A stretch of DNA of 64,000 nt from Lingula anatina (GCA_051362555.1 CM120644.1:13228567-13292566); one strand, 5' to 3'; positions 13,210 to 26,400 are shown, counted from the stretch's first letter. Numbers and translations: made by a program. The notes: a model not told the origin generated them from the letters alone.

Positions 13210-16200
13210 AATAGTATTATTATACATACTGGATGTGACACGACAACGTCGGCCGCTGCCGCAAGCATCGCTCCCCCGGCCCCAGCGTTCCCCTGAAGAG
13301 CAGCAACCACCAACTTATCAGTCATCTTGCTCATTTCCAGGATGACATCATCGATTTTATTTATATTATGCCAGGCTTCCAATACTGGGTCGCTGCTAGC
13401 TTCTATATGGCAGAGATGGATTCCTGATTTTACAAAAATATTATATTTTAAAAAATTTTTGAGAAACATCTTTTTCTATCTTGTCAGTTTTAAGTACATT
13501 TTTAATCTAGTTAATTAAGTTTAGTTTTAAGCTGATAAGAATGAAGTAATTTTTCTTTAGTCAACAGCTTTATATTGAAATAGTTTTAAAGTACTGCTAG
13601 ACATCGAGATATTGAAGGTAAAATTATTGAGCTGTTGACTGAAGAAAAATTATTTCATTCTTATAACATAACACAGCTTATGAAATTATTCTCTGAGTTT
13701 TAAGCTTGTTTCAAAAATTAACCCTAGGCACTTTCTTTAAAATATATCTACTCATTATTGCTAAACATCATTTCTTAAATAGTTTCAATAGGTTTAGTGA
13801 TAAAATGTCGTTGTTTTATAAAAACAATTAAAAAGCAAATATATATTATACCGGAAGTATAGTAAAACTTTTTTCAGCCAGAATTGTTTGAACATCTGTG
13901 TACATCAAGATCTCACCTGTCGAAAAGAAACGCTCTCCGCCCATCAACACAACAACTCGGATGTGGCTCATCTTGGCAACTTGACTGAGGACCTCTTTCA
14001 AATGATCCGCTTGGTTGCAGTCCATGGCACCATTGTAAAAATCAAAGTGAACGTAGCACACTTGTTCGGAATGGCTCAACCAAACTTGACTATATGAAGA
14101 CAAATTGCTCAAATCTGCAATTCCCGAGGCTAGCGTTGGTGAAACTGCAGACACTGCTGGTAGCTTGACAGACAACTTCTTTTTGTCCTTGAAAAACATT
14201 GGATATATCTTTTCTTTCCGACGAATATTATTTATTTTTTCACTTTACATCTTAAATACAGCAAATAAAATTAAATAAAGCAGAATTAAATTTGTTTTAC
14301 GTTTTATTTTGGTCTGATGACATTCAACTGCATTTTCACTGCGGAGCAGTTCTATTTGATTGATGGAAAACTTTCATGGCCGCTGGTCTTCAGAGTTAGT
14401 AAAAGCGACTCCACCACAAGATTTATTTAGCAAGCTAGCTTTTACGTTGCTCTGACGCTCAGGGTAGGTATTAGAAAAAAGCTCATCAAATGAGCCCCTC
14501 TAATTTTCAAAGCAGAGGGGCTAATCGCGCTCGGCTGTCACCTTGATTGGATAGTAAACGGTTGTCGTAAAATCGCTAAATAATATTAAAACCGGGTGCA
14601 TAAACTAGAAAACCACCTAGGACAACCTTAGACTGCCACATTAATCCAATACAATGCAAAAATAAACTATAACAAGTGGTTAAAGCCTTCAAACCGAATG
14701 TCGTAAATCCCCATATACCTCCATAGAGACAATAAAATAGAGTCAGCTTGTGAAACAAAAATAAACCAACTTAAACATAATAATCGAAATAAAATACTGC
14801 CGGGCATCGGAGCGGCCTAAAACTTGGCACGCTTACCGCAAATACTACAGGCTACATCATCCCGCCGCTCGTTTGTAAATTCCGTGCATGGCATACGCTC
14901 AATCAAACCGTATATCCAAATTGCACCTCTGATGTTTAAATTGGTCCTCTCTAACCTACCATTACGAAAAAGAAGCCATGCCATTGGACAATGCGACCTC
15001 TGCGGTTACGTCATTTCCTGAATTGGATTGTAGAGAGGACTTTACGACATTCGGTTTGAAGGCTTTAACCACTTGTTATAGTTTATTTTTGCATTGTATT
15101 GGATTAATGTGGCAGTCTAAGGTTGTCCTAGGTGGTTTTCAAGTTTATGCACCGGGTTTTAATATCATTTAGCGATTTTACGACAACCGTTTACTATCCA
15201 ATCAAGGTGACAGCCGAGCGTGGGGCTAATTAAACATGTTACTCACTCTAGAAGAGAGAGGAGAAACATTCTGAGATCCACAAAAGCATACTTTCTGTAG
15301 TAAACACTCGTCACCTGTCAACTACTATTCACGAATGTCTCCTGATGCGACAGTTGAGACAAATAAAAAATAGGTTTGGAAAAATGAAAAGAAAACACAC
15401 TCACCTTCAGGCAAGTTATCCAAACTCCCCGATTGTCTCCGCTTTTAACCAAAATGGACCCTTGCTTCTTTCCAACTACAGAGCCAGGTTTGTGGGCACT
15501 CAGCATTTGTCCCAAAACTCCGCCACGGTCTTGCTCTATGTGGGCACCGTATACCCTATACGTTTCGGTTAGCTCTGTTTTGTTGTCGAGAAATGTGATA
15601 TCAGCAAGGGCGCCTGGCTGTGTATCGGAACTGCGAATGATTCGGCATATATCTTCAGCTGAAGCAGACCAGTCGATCTCCCTGTCGGACTTTTTCATTG
15701 AGGGCAACAGGCAGCCTTTTATTTCTGATCGATTGTAATCAAGTGGTGTTGGCGTCACCCCAAGTTGATACCTTGTGGACATGATGGAATGGTATATAAT
15801 TGAATTAAAACGCAACGTGTTACCGCACTTTAAAACAGTCGACAGAGACTAAAAAGGAGCTACATGCTTCCTCTGGGGAAGACAACCATTATTATTATTA
15901 TTTATTTATTTATTATTTAATTAATTAACCTGCAATTAATCACTGAAACAAAGTGCAGTCTAATTGAATTGAAATACCTCGTAAGCCCGTCAACGACCAG
16001 CTCAGCGGCCAAGTCACTGATTTCCCCACCGTACACTCCTGTTTTCGTGGCGTTTGCTTTTAATGGGAATGTCGCCGTACTCCAGATGTCGCCTCCGTCC
16101 ATAACCGGGCTAGCTTGCAGCAGCGTCGCACCCCATTCCTTCTTGTCTTGTCGTATGGCCCAATCAATGGAATTAGGTCCCCGGTCACCTGCAATACCCG

Positions 16201-17859
16201 GATGAAAAACCAAACATGGCCGCTCGGTCGTCTTCCAAATTGTTTCTGGGATGTATTTTGTAAGGTATGGGCAGATGATGACGTCGGGTTGGTAAAGTGT
16301 TACCGCATTTTCCATGCCACTTCCACTATCACACGGTACGACATGAGTAATAACCTGGATGATAAATAGGAATAAAAATGCATACTATTACTAGCAGTCA
16401 CGTATACGCAAATAAAGGGCGCTATCCTTAGATGGATATAGAAAAACACTTTTAAGCGGTTCCCCGTGGTGTTGGAGTATGATCATGATATTTTCTTCCC
16501 AAACAGTTCTCAAAATCCTCTAGCATTCGCTTTGTGAGTTTTCTTCTTTTTTAATATTTCACGGAGACCACCAGGTTTTCCTGTACGTTTCAGAAGGAAA
16601 TATCGATACCTGGCATTTCTGAATGTGTTTTTATCGTATCTAAAGTCAGAATTGGTAAAGACTACTAGTTTGTGTTGAATATGTATAAATAGAAAAATAT
16701 TGCGGATAGCATATCTGTGAAAACCCCTCCAGATGTAGTATTTTTAAGTATGTGCTTTTTTATTTCAATTATATGGAAATTTTAAGACTCACTGGATGCT
16801 TTATTCCCTTTTTACTTTTTTTTACACATTTATATCTGTTAATGTGTTCTCCCCATTTCATTTACCGGCAATTTTGCACTCAGTGATACCTCAATGCGGC
16901 AATAAAGACATGTATATGTATATCAAAATCTGAAGGTATTTTAAGGCTGATTTTAACCATGGGTAGCTACATGTACATGTATTACAGGGCATTAATTCGT
17001 TTATGCTACCAACAATTCATTTCATATTTCCCAGTTCTCACTAATGAACTTATATCATACTTTGTGATCGTTTATGATTATGATTTGGTAGTCCGAGGAT
17101 ATTTTTAAATATATATTTAAAATATACATAATAAGTCATTTAAACGCACTCGAAAAGTTATTCAGTTTTTCAAAGTACTCAGTGCCCATGTGGTATGAAT
17201 GTCTCTGAAGATCTGATAGTTCTCAGTTTTATACGGTATATTTTTTAGTTGGACGCAGAGCATAAGGCACTTTTATTTACCTCAGGTAGTAGATGATGTG
17301 TTTTGTGATCATTGGAGATTAAAATGGCAATAAAAAATTTAGAGTTGGGATTTAATAGTTTAAAGAAAATGGCAATATATGCTTTCGTTCATAAAACTAA
17401 GAAAAACATGTGGGAAGTTTAACAGCGTGAATATACATGACAAACTGACTTTAAAAACCAACACCAAAAACTACACCAATTCATGATCAGTTGTTTACGC
17501 CATAAACATAAAAACAGTGTGCAGCCCAGTGTTATAAAAGGCGAGAAACCCGGAAGATTTGTTAAAATAAGTTAACCCGTTGACAAGCTGTCGTGATGTT
17601 TTTCTATTTATTTATTTATTATTATCATTCTAAAAAAAACAGGGCTCAGTTTTAGAAAGGACGTTATGCACTAACCATACAAAAGCCAAACCAGTGGATA
17701 AATTCTCTAAACACCTGCTCCCCACACCCTTCTGGATCCACCACTGGCAAATCATAAGGCAAAACCTTTATTTTTCTATTTGCATTTCTTTATTTAAAGT
17801 TTTAAAATTATATTACCATTAATATTTTTATTATTTAATTTCATTTTTTCTATTTTATT

Positions 17860-17894
<35 letters not shown>

Positions 17895-20069
17895 TTATTT
17901 TTTAATTATTTATTTTATTTTATGTATTTATTTTTTTATTATTTATTTATTTATTTATTTTTTTTTTTGAGGGAGGCTTTTAATATAACCGGCTGTCTGC
18001 ACGCAAGACAAGATTAAGATCAGGAACCAACATGCCCTCTACCAACTTGCAGATAGAAGGCTGCAGAGAGAAATGTAAACAACATATACACTTTAAGTGA
18101 GAACAACACTCCATGTGAGACTCAAAAATTCACAATTAATACACAGTTAACAGCCCATAGAAATATAAGTAATTCCATTTTAACGTCCAAGCTAAGGTTA
18201 TCGACACTGTTTTCTAAAATCTGAGCTTGCCATCACGTGGCATGTGAACTATTCACTGTATGAACTACACGTTTGCCAAATTAGCGATCTGGAAACAGCC
18301 GTTTCATGCGTTTGTACAGTGTACAAATGCCATCAAAATTATGTCTTTTAGGTCATCATAGCTCTCAAATGTTTGTTTTTAAAGTCAAAGCATTACTTTT
18401 GTGTCCGTTCTGTAATAAATTGAACAAAGAAAGATTCAATCACTCTGCAATTATCGTAAGCAAACACATCCAGGACGCGGCTATTTTAGCAACACACTGT
18501 ACTACAAGTCAGGTCAGGTCACCCACCTGTTACTAGTACAGATGTACCCAGTAAAGCAGTATAACCTGTTAAATGGTCAAGATGTGGGCGAGTAAACGGT
18601 CAACACCACCCTCCTCTCTGTAGGTAAGTGTGGAGGGTGGTTAGACACCCTATGAAACGAAAAATAAAATCCATCTCTCTCTTTCTAGATAAAGCCAATT
18701 AACGGATTTCCAGCAACGCCGCAAGATAGAGTGGTGCCCGTGGGGTTAATCAGCCAAAAACAAACAACTCATCGTTACGATGTTGATGGTCGACTATTAT
18801 TTGATTGATTGGTTGATTGTACATATTTTTTCAGGACACGTGTCCCCGAATCTCACGTCGTCAGGTGACCTCTGTAGAAAAACATGCCGAAATTCGCCTG
18901 TGCCACAAATTTATATGGCCCCATAAACTGTCAGAGCACAAAGGTGGCATTGTACTAATGTTCATGAAATTCAATGCTGTTTAATTGAAAACAATAGTTG
19001 GTGGTATGAATATTATAGATGGCCAACCTCCGTAAACAGGGGCGAATCCAGGATTATCTGAAGGGGGTCCATTTTTTTTCTTTTTAGCAGTTTAGCACTA
19101 TGATTCACCTATTCAAAATTCTAATATCAAGAGGGGAATATTGGTGTGATTTTTTTCCAGAAACCGAAGGGGTGGTCAGTGCCCCCCCCTGTCACCCCCC
19201 TTAATCCGCCACTGCTTAAATATCTCTTAATAGATTGTTACAAAAACACATTCGACTAAATTTTAATGTCTAAACGGATTCATTAGGCCTTAGTAAGTAC
19301 GGGTAACCGACGTTTGCCCCAGGAAATATCCGTTAATGGCACTTTTCGGCCAAAATGAAGAGTTTAAGGGGACACATTGACCTAGCTCGAAACCCACAAA
19401 GCAAGTTACGGGACAGTGAAAAAAGGAAAGAGCACGTGGCATGTGGCATGTGATCGGTGGATTGTTTGAATATTACTCTTGCCAAATAAGCGGTCTGTCG
19501 TTGCGACAGAGAAAAAAATCCCATCAAAATCATGTATGTTAAGTCATCATAGCTCTCAAATGTTTGTTTTGAACGTCGAATCATTACTTTGGTGTCCCTT
19601 CTAAGATAAATTTAAGCAAATTAAGATTCATTTTATTCTGCAGTTATCATAAACATACATTTCTTGGTCGCGGCTACTTTAGAAAATTGTGCACTTGGGC
19701 CTGAACTTAGATCGACTACCTTTAGAAACGTGCTAAAATTCGGCTGTGCCACGAAATTATATAAATAAATAAACTGTCAGAAGGCTACTCAGCTGAAAAA
19801 GAACATCAAGCAATAATTAGCTTTATGGATATAATATTCTGATGACGCCCTTGTTCATTTTAATGAAAAAATAAATTAAAACTCCTCAAGCAAAACATAT
19901 ATGCCTTGGTTGTGTCGACACTTGCTTTACTTACCTTCATTCTTTGTAAGGTCATCTTAACTCTATTGGTCAAGCTGTTAACAGCATTCGAGACGAGTAA
20001 AACACGGAGTCCTTCCAGTAAAGACGGGTTTCTTGCTACCTGACCCGGCATGGGCAAATACGGCGGCAT
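11914..20069 (-). CDS. hypX: HypX/HoxX-like protein, copy B, ~609 aa, 7 coding exons
   Basis: Exons (minus): 19935-20069, 15978-16354, 15405-15771, 13917-14187, 13230-13423, 12783-12961, 11914-12220. Exons 1-6 have the same lengths as copy A (135/377/367/271/194/179 nt). GT-AG junctions; 1830 nt open; same catalytic motifs. Confidence 0.93.
13534..13695. mobile_element. Hairpin-containing ~160-bp insertion in hypX-B intron 4
   Basis: Flanked by the direct repeat AGTTTTAAGCT (13523-13533, 13696-13706). A single empty site lies in copy A at ~5212. A related copy lies at ~34511-34652. Confidence 0.7.
14526..15222. mobile_element. Non-autonomous DNA transposon with ~180-bp TIRs and an 8-bp TSD, in hypX-B intron 3
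   Basis: 14526-~14707 is the near-perfect reverse complement of ~15041-15222. TSD GGGCTAAT at 14518-14525 and 15223-15230. Absent at the corresponding position in copy A (~5801). Confidence 0.88.
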
Positions 20070-20838
20070 CGTTGAATGTCTTTTCTTCTTTTCTAGCTAT
20101 CCACGAACACCTAAGGCGAAACAAAACGATGAAATGAAATAAAATAAAAGATGTTCAAACCTCAAAGGCTTAACCGATGCTGTTATTAAACAAGGTTCCC
20201 TGTTAATGTTGACCAATGTTATCATGCGCCTTATGCACTTTTATGAGGACAGGTTGGGTTACTAGGTCACGCTATATACAGTATCCGAATTTTTATATTA
20301 TGTTAGGGCCCGTTAACAATCAATTTTGCTAAACTAGCTAATGCGGACGAATTCCACGGAGATTCTCGCTGAATGCAATCAGTAACGCCTCCTCTTCTTT
20401 CCAACGTACTCGTGTAAATGCCAGCTTCCCTGTTTTCTAGTCAAAGCAAGGAGAAGGCGTGTTTATATCTGTTAATCTGATCGCATTCAGCTATGGGCCA
20501 TGTGGAGTTCGTGCGCATGAGTTAGGTCGACTAAAGCCATTGTGAACGGTCCTTGCGGTAACAGAGGGTAACCAAGGTCAAGGTTTAGGTCAACACACCG
20601 CGATTTGACCAAACGTACAATGATATCTTAAATGTAAATAAACATTTGAGAGGGCGATAAGGGTGGATGGTCAGCAAGGACAAACTACAGGTAACAAGGG
20701 GACAACCTAGCCTCCAAAACAACATTTGTTGACATGTATATATATTATGACGAATTACTACATGTGGGGTCAGGTTCTGTGTGCAATTTACATCCACCGG
20801 AGAGGCTACTTATATGTACGTGCCGAAATTAAAATTAA

Positions 20839-21175
20839 AAGGATAATAACTCTTCGTTTCGGTCAAAAAATGAATTTTCCTGGAGTAAACGACAATTTTC
20901 CCATACTTACCAATGGTTAATGAATCCATTTATACATTCAAATTTAGTCCCTGGTTTTTTTCTAAAAAGTTTAGTTTTTAGTTAAAATCTCTTAAGAGAT
21001 TTTAACAGAGTATAGCCATCAATGGAGGTAACATGGTCTAAAGACAAGCTCAGATATCAGAATAATAGCTTTAACTCCCGTTTTTGTGGTAAAACAGAAT
21101 ATATTATATTTCTATGAGTTATTCACAATGTTTTTATTGTGAAATATAGATCTCATACAAAGAGTTATTATCCCT
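20839..21175. mobile_element. Kolobok-like ~338-bp MITE, copy 1
   Basis: TIR A(G/A)GGATAATAACTCTT, flanked by TTAA on both sides. Four highly similar copies are in the window. Confidence 0.8.
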
Positions 21176-21276
21176 TTAATTTCTAACTTAGGCACCAAAA
21201 GCGACCGTTAAATTTTATAGAGCAGCTCAGGCCCATTACTAGAAGTGGTATTCCATTTATTTATTTATTTGTTCAT

Positions 21277-21323
<47 letters not shown>

Positions 21324-23059
21324 TAAAGTAGGCTGGGGCAGATGTTATTTTATGAAGCAATATTAAATAAAGTTGAGTTGAAATATAGCGGCTAGTATTT
21401 CATTTTTAAATGTTTTTTTAACCGATTAATCATATTCTGCTTAAATTGCCTAAATTAAAATTAATTTCTTACTTTGGCACCAAAAGGGACTATTAAATGT
21501 TGAAAAGCAGTTCAGACCATTACTAGAAGTGGTATTTCATTTATTTATTTATTTATTTATTTATTTAGACGTTATTTTATGAAGTAGTATTTTAATTTTA
21601 AGAATAAAGTTGAGTTTGATTATAGCGACTATATTCCATTTTTATTTTTAAATGATTTTTTTCTAACCAATAAATAAAACTCTGCTATAACGAAAAGAAA
21701 AAAACTCTCTAAAATATATACGTGTGTATTCATTTACGTTCAAATTTTTTCAACAAGCCAAACGTCTGTTTTAACGATAACTGCGTCAAGAGAATTTTAA
21801 ATACATTTTATCTTAATATCCTACTGCTAGTTTTCTGTTTATTAAAACCTTTATTCACATTTATTATAGAAATCTAAGTGGAAATGCCTTTTATATATGT
21901 GATAATAGTTGTACATGTAACAGCGTTGAGGGTCTTGTGAGCGGTTTCAAGAAATAAATCATTTTAATCATATTCCTCCCTATTGTTATGCTAGTGCGTC
22001 TCCATCATTTGCACTAGCACTTATTAGGGGTTATAATTACGCAACATTCAGTATTTTGCTGAGCATCGATTAAAACTAATATAAAATATATTTGCCTGTA
22101 GCTTCTGAGGCACTTCAGTTACCAACTTTCCCCGTAAGCCAAAACCTGTTCTCCCACTTGCGCTCTCTCTCTCTCTCTCTTTCCATGAATTTGAAGTTAT
22201 AAATTAAAAGAAAATGATACGTACGTATTTTTCACATCAGGATCACCAATGATTATATTACTGACTTACAGAAGTTTTGTATGATGATAAAAATTAGTAT
22301 TTCAAATAGCATCTTACAAAGCATACCTTTAGCTGGGGTGGCACATGTAAAAATGACCAGGTTATCAACGGCGTCGGATGAGGGTGCCACGTCACAGCAA
22401 CCTAGCTCCTCGTTATATAGGCTCCCTGGTACTATGTGTATCATCTATCCCGATATATATTAATACATAGGTGTCGTGACTCACTTTTTTTTAATCTCAG
22501 TATACTTGAATTTTACCAATCTATGTTGTCTTAAGAAGGCATGAGTTAAATACTTCCCTTTAAGATGCTATCCCTACTGACAATACGTGACGCGACAAGA
22601 TATATAATGCGTGGGCCTTAGTTCCACCTTTATCATTGAAACCAAAATGCGTTTTATCTATCAACATTATGGATAGGTCTAAGGACTTTCGAAAACGAGC
22701 CCACTGCTGCAAGAGCGATACACCATGAGAATAATGGATTAAAAAAATCACAACAAAAAAATAAAACATAACATTTCTCATTTTAAAACTGTTACAATAT
22801 AGATTTATAGACAATATATATGCTTGTTGGTATTTATTAGTATTATACTGTTTTATTCGTTATATGTCTGAAATAATTAAGATAACTTTAACTACGAACA
22901 TTAAACCCGTTTTAATACTTAAACTGACAAAATTTGATATTACTACGGACAAGAGAGTTTTTTTTTTCTTTTTTTTTTTTTTTTTTAAGGAGGGGGGATT
23001 TTATATAGCAGATGAGTGGGCCATTGCTTTAATTAATTATTCGCCTGGACATCCGTCAA

Positions 23060-23400
23060 CAAGGTACAAAAGATATGGAAATCTGATATACCTCGACAAC
23101 TTAAAAATCAACATATTTCAAACATTGGTAGAGCCAGTACTTCTTTACGGTTCTGAAACATGGACCTTAACAAAACAACCTTAACAAAAATTATTGATGG
23201 GTTCTACACAAGATTACTTAAAGCTGCACTGATTATCATTGGAATATCGGACAAAGTGCCAAACTTGGAACTTTATGGCGAAATACCGAAAGTCGCCTCT
23301 GAAATAAGAGACCGCAGATTGAAGGCTGCTGGCCATTTTTACCGTCATACAGAAGCAGCAGCAAAAAGATTTCTGCTCTAGGTACCGGCGCATAGCTCAT
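23060..23400 (+). mobile_element. Degenerate RTE-clade non-LTR retrotransposon fragment (C-terminal RT region)
   Basis: Frameshifted peptides KINIFQTLVEPVLLYGSETWTLTK and IDGFYTRLLKAAL...NLELYGEIPKVASEIRDRRLKAAGHFYRH. LLYG(S/C)ETW and RRL..AGH are typical RTE motifs. Confidence 0.8.
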
Positions 23401-26400
23401 TGGGCACACGAAACAAACCTTACGTCCAGTTCTCCTTGGGAAGACTGGCTTGGAACACATAAATGAGATGAATTTTAAATTTCGTTTCATCAGGGTGTCT
23501 AGCCAGTGCCCTTACACCCTCCTCCAGCGAGGAAGTTGGAGTTGACGGTTTAGTTGCCCCCATCCTGACCCAGAAACAGGTTGCGTTAGTTTAGAGGACA
23601 GGATACCAGTAGCAGGAAGGCTGACCTGGCGTGACCCGACTAGACATATTGCTTTGCCTGACCTCTTCTATATATGACATGTGAAAACGATGATGAAAAA
23701 TGGAATGACCCCCTTAATATGGCTCTCTTCTGCGACGGTGCACCATTTTAATGGTTAAAACTTTCTTAATGGACAAAACTTTACAGGACATATTAGTGAA
23801 AGACGTCATCGCCCAGGTAGCCTATGGAACAGGGTCGACCGCGGCAGGAGTAATATAAGTTTTATTTTATTTTCCACGTAAAGCAGGCCTTTCTTCCCTT
23901 CACTTATTAGGTAAATAAATAAATCAATAAATAAATAAATAAATAAATAACGAGCGTTAACAGATGAAGCCAAGCAACATCACTTCTACATGTATACGCC
24001 CTAAAAGTATCAGCTTTTACGAGAATAATCTGCTGTTTTTTACATCACCCTACTCCAGTGTGCCATTTTTTAAAGAGCTGAGGTTATTATTCAAAGAAAA
24101 AAAACGAGGCAAATCGCTTCTAGCATTATATGCTCTCCTTAACGTGTCAGTCTTACCCTCTTCTCTCTCTCTCTTTTTCTCTATCTCTCTCCCTCTCCAT
24201 GGATTTTAAAGAAATTATAAAACAAAGAAGTCCTACGTATACATTTTAGTACCTGGAGAGGCAACGCAAATATTTCTGAGAAACGTAAGTCTATCCTTAA
24301 AAAGAAATTTAATAGTTTTTTTTTACTATTATATCATTTCAAGTAGCATACCTTCAGTTGGAGTATTAATTTCGACCAGCGTCCGAGAAGGGCACGACTA
24401 AAACTGGTGATTCAGACGTGTTTCTTGATCACTGCTACGTAAATATGTACGAAGGTATCGTAGCACGCGTCTTCGTCTTTTTCTCTTCAATCTGAGTACA
24501 CTTGAATTTAGCCACCCTATGTTGTCTTCACTAAATTAGAAGGTTGGAGAAAAATATCCCCATTTAAGACAACGTTCCAGAGTCCTTGCTGTCCCAGGCC
24601 CTAGCATTTTTATACGTTTGTATACGCATTTTATAAGCATTTTTTTACATTGACCAATCAAACGCATGTTTAGAATAGAATTGGACACGTAAGCAAGCAT
24701 ATGGGGCGTGGCTTTAAGTAGGGGACCAAATACAAATCACGCCATTGAATAAAATTGTTTCGACAAGTTCTGGTGAAATGCATCCTGATATCCTATTTCA
24801 ATGACGGTAAACAAAAACTTGACACTATGAGGCTCTGTGCGACGCATAAACGATAACCGGCTGTACTACCGAGTGTTTTTTTTTTTTTCGCCACCTTTGC
24901 AAATTTTTTTTTCGAGAGAAAAATTCTTTGAATTATTTTTTAAATTCATCATTTCAAATAGCAACCTTCATTAAGCATACCTTCAGTGTGAGTGATAATT
25001 TCCTCCAGTTTGTTAACAGCGTCCGAGAAAGGCACGAAACGAAAAGGAGTCCTGGTAAATTAAGACGTGTTTCTTGCTCTTTGTTATGTGAATACAAAAG
25101 TGTCGTGGCACGCGTCTTTTTCTCTTCAATCTGTGTATACTTGAATTTTACCACCCTATTAGTATGTCGCCTTTAAAAGGTAAGAGCAAAATATTCCCCT
25201 TTAAGACAATGTTCCACAGTCCTTGCTATCCCAGGTTTTAACGTGTTCGCTGACCAATCAAACTCACATTTTAAATAGCGTCGGACACGTCAACGACCAC
25301 GGAACATGTTGTAAAACACGGTTTCAAGGCGGATGTATTTTAGTCAGGGATCGAATACAAATCACGCCACTGAGTCTAATGCACTGAGCTATCAAATTGA
25401 TCCGTGAGTACTGTTGAAGGACGTTTTGCGGTTAGATTGTTTCTAGGACAGTACGTGACACCATAGAAGTATTGGTGACACTAATAGGCATGGGTAGCCG
25501 CCTGTACTCTGAGCAGGAGCAGTAGTAGTAGTTTATTTCTGTGTTGTGGATACATTAATAACAAAAAGTAATACACAATAAAAAGAACACAAACGTACAC
25601 AGAGCTCATAACACAGTGATGCTGATGAATAAATTATACAAGTAAATACAGGGAATACGCACACAATACATGTATCTACAACAACATGCACGGGACCTTC
25701 ACGTAGCTCATATTACGCTGTTAAAGTTGGGTCCAAACTCCTCATTTAGTTGTTTAGTCACGAGGCATTCAAGCAGAACATGCCTCTCTGTTTGCACTGA
25801 TACCTCGCACACACACACAGTCACAGAAATGTGCCCGGAATTAGCCGGAGACCCATATCTGTGGATATCAAGTGAAAAATCATAAATGAATCTGTGGCCC
25901 TGGTAGAGGGTAGGAGAAAAACAGATGGAAGAAAATAGAAATGAATCGAGTAGGTTGTAAGGACATATCGTGCCAGAGATCAATTAACGTGTATAAATTA
26001 GCAAAATTATCTTGGTTTCCATTCATTTTATTATATTATCGGTGTAGTGTATTTCGATGCAATTCTTAAAATTTCTGGCAAACTCGTTTTCTATGGAGAG
26101 ACAATTGAGAAAAGTAAGGTTACGTTATCATAATATTTAGAATTAAAAAAAAATAAAATTCACTGACGGGATACATTAAGCGCCGAGCCCCAACACAGTT
26201 TATTAATCATAGGCTTTATACCACGACGTACCTTCACCCCCCCCCCCCCCCACCTCACTTGTCTCTAGTGGGTTTTCAATTTAGCTGTTGACACACACAT
26301 ACACACACATACACACACATACACACACACATTTAATTTTGCACTTCTTTGAGACTGAAAATCAAACAAGTAGACTTAACTTCAGTTCTGTGCTAAAATG

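Noticed and set aside
14576-15172. Two ORFs on opposite strands with the same peptide (FTTFGLKALTTCYSLF...)
   Set aside because: Artefact of the long terminal inverted repeats of one transposon.
18240-19780. Local duplication within hypX-B intron 1 (~18240-18490 vs ~19440-19690)
   Set aside because: Non-coding, decayed, with no ORF or structure; ordinary intron turnover.
3471-20069. hypX as bacterial contamination or part of a hydrogenase operon
   Set aside because: Six phase-consistent spliceosomal introns per copy, embedded animal TEs and microsatellites, contiguity with TLR genes, and no other hyp/hox genes.
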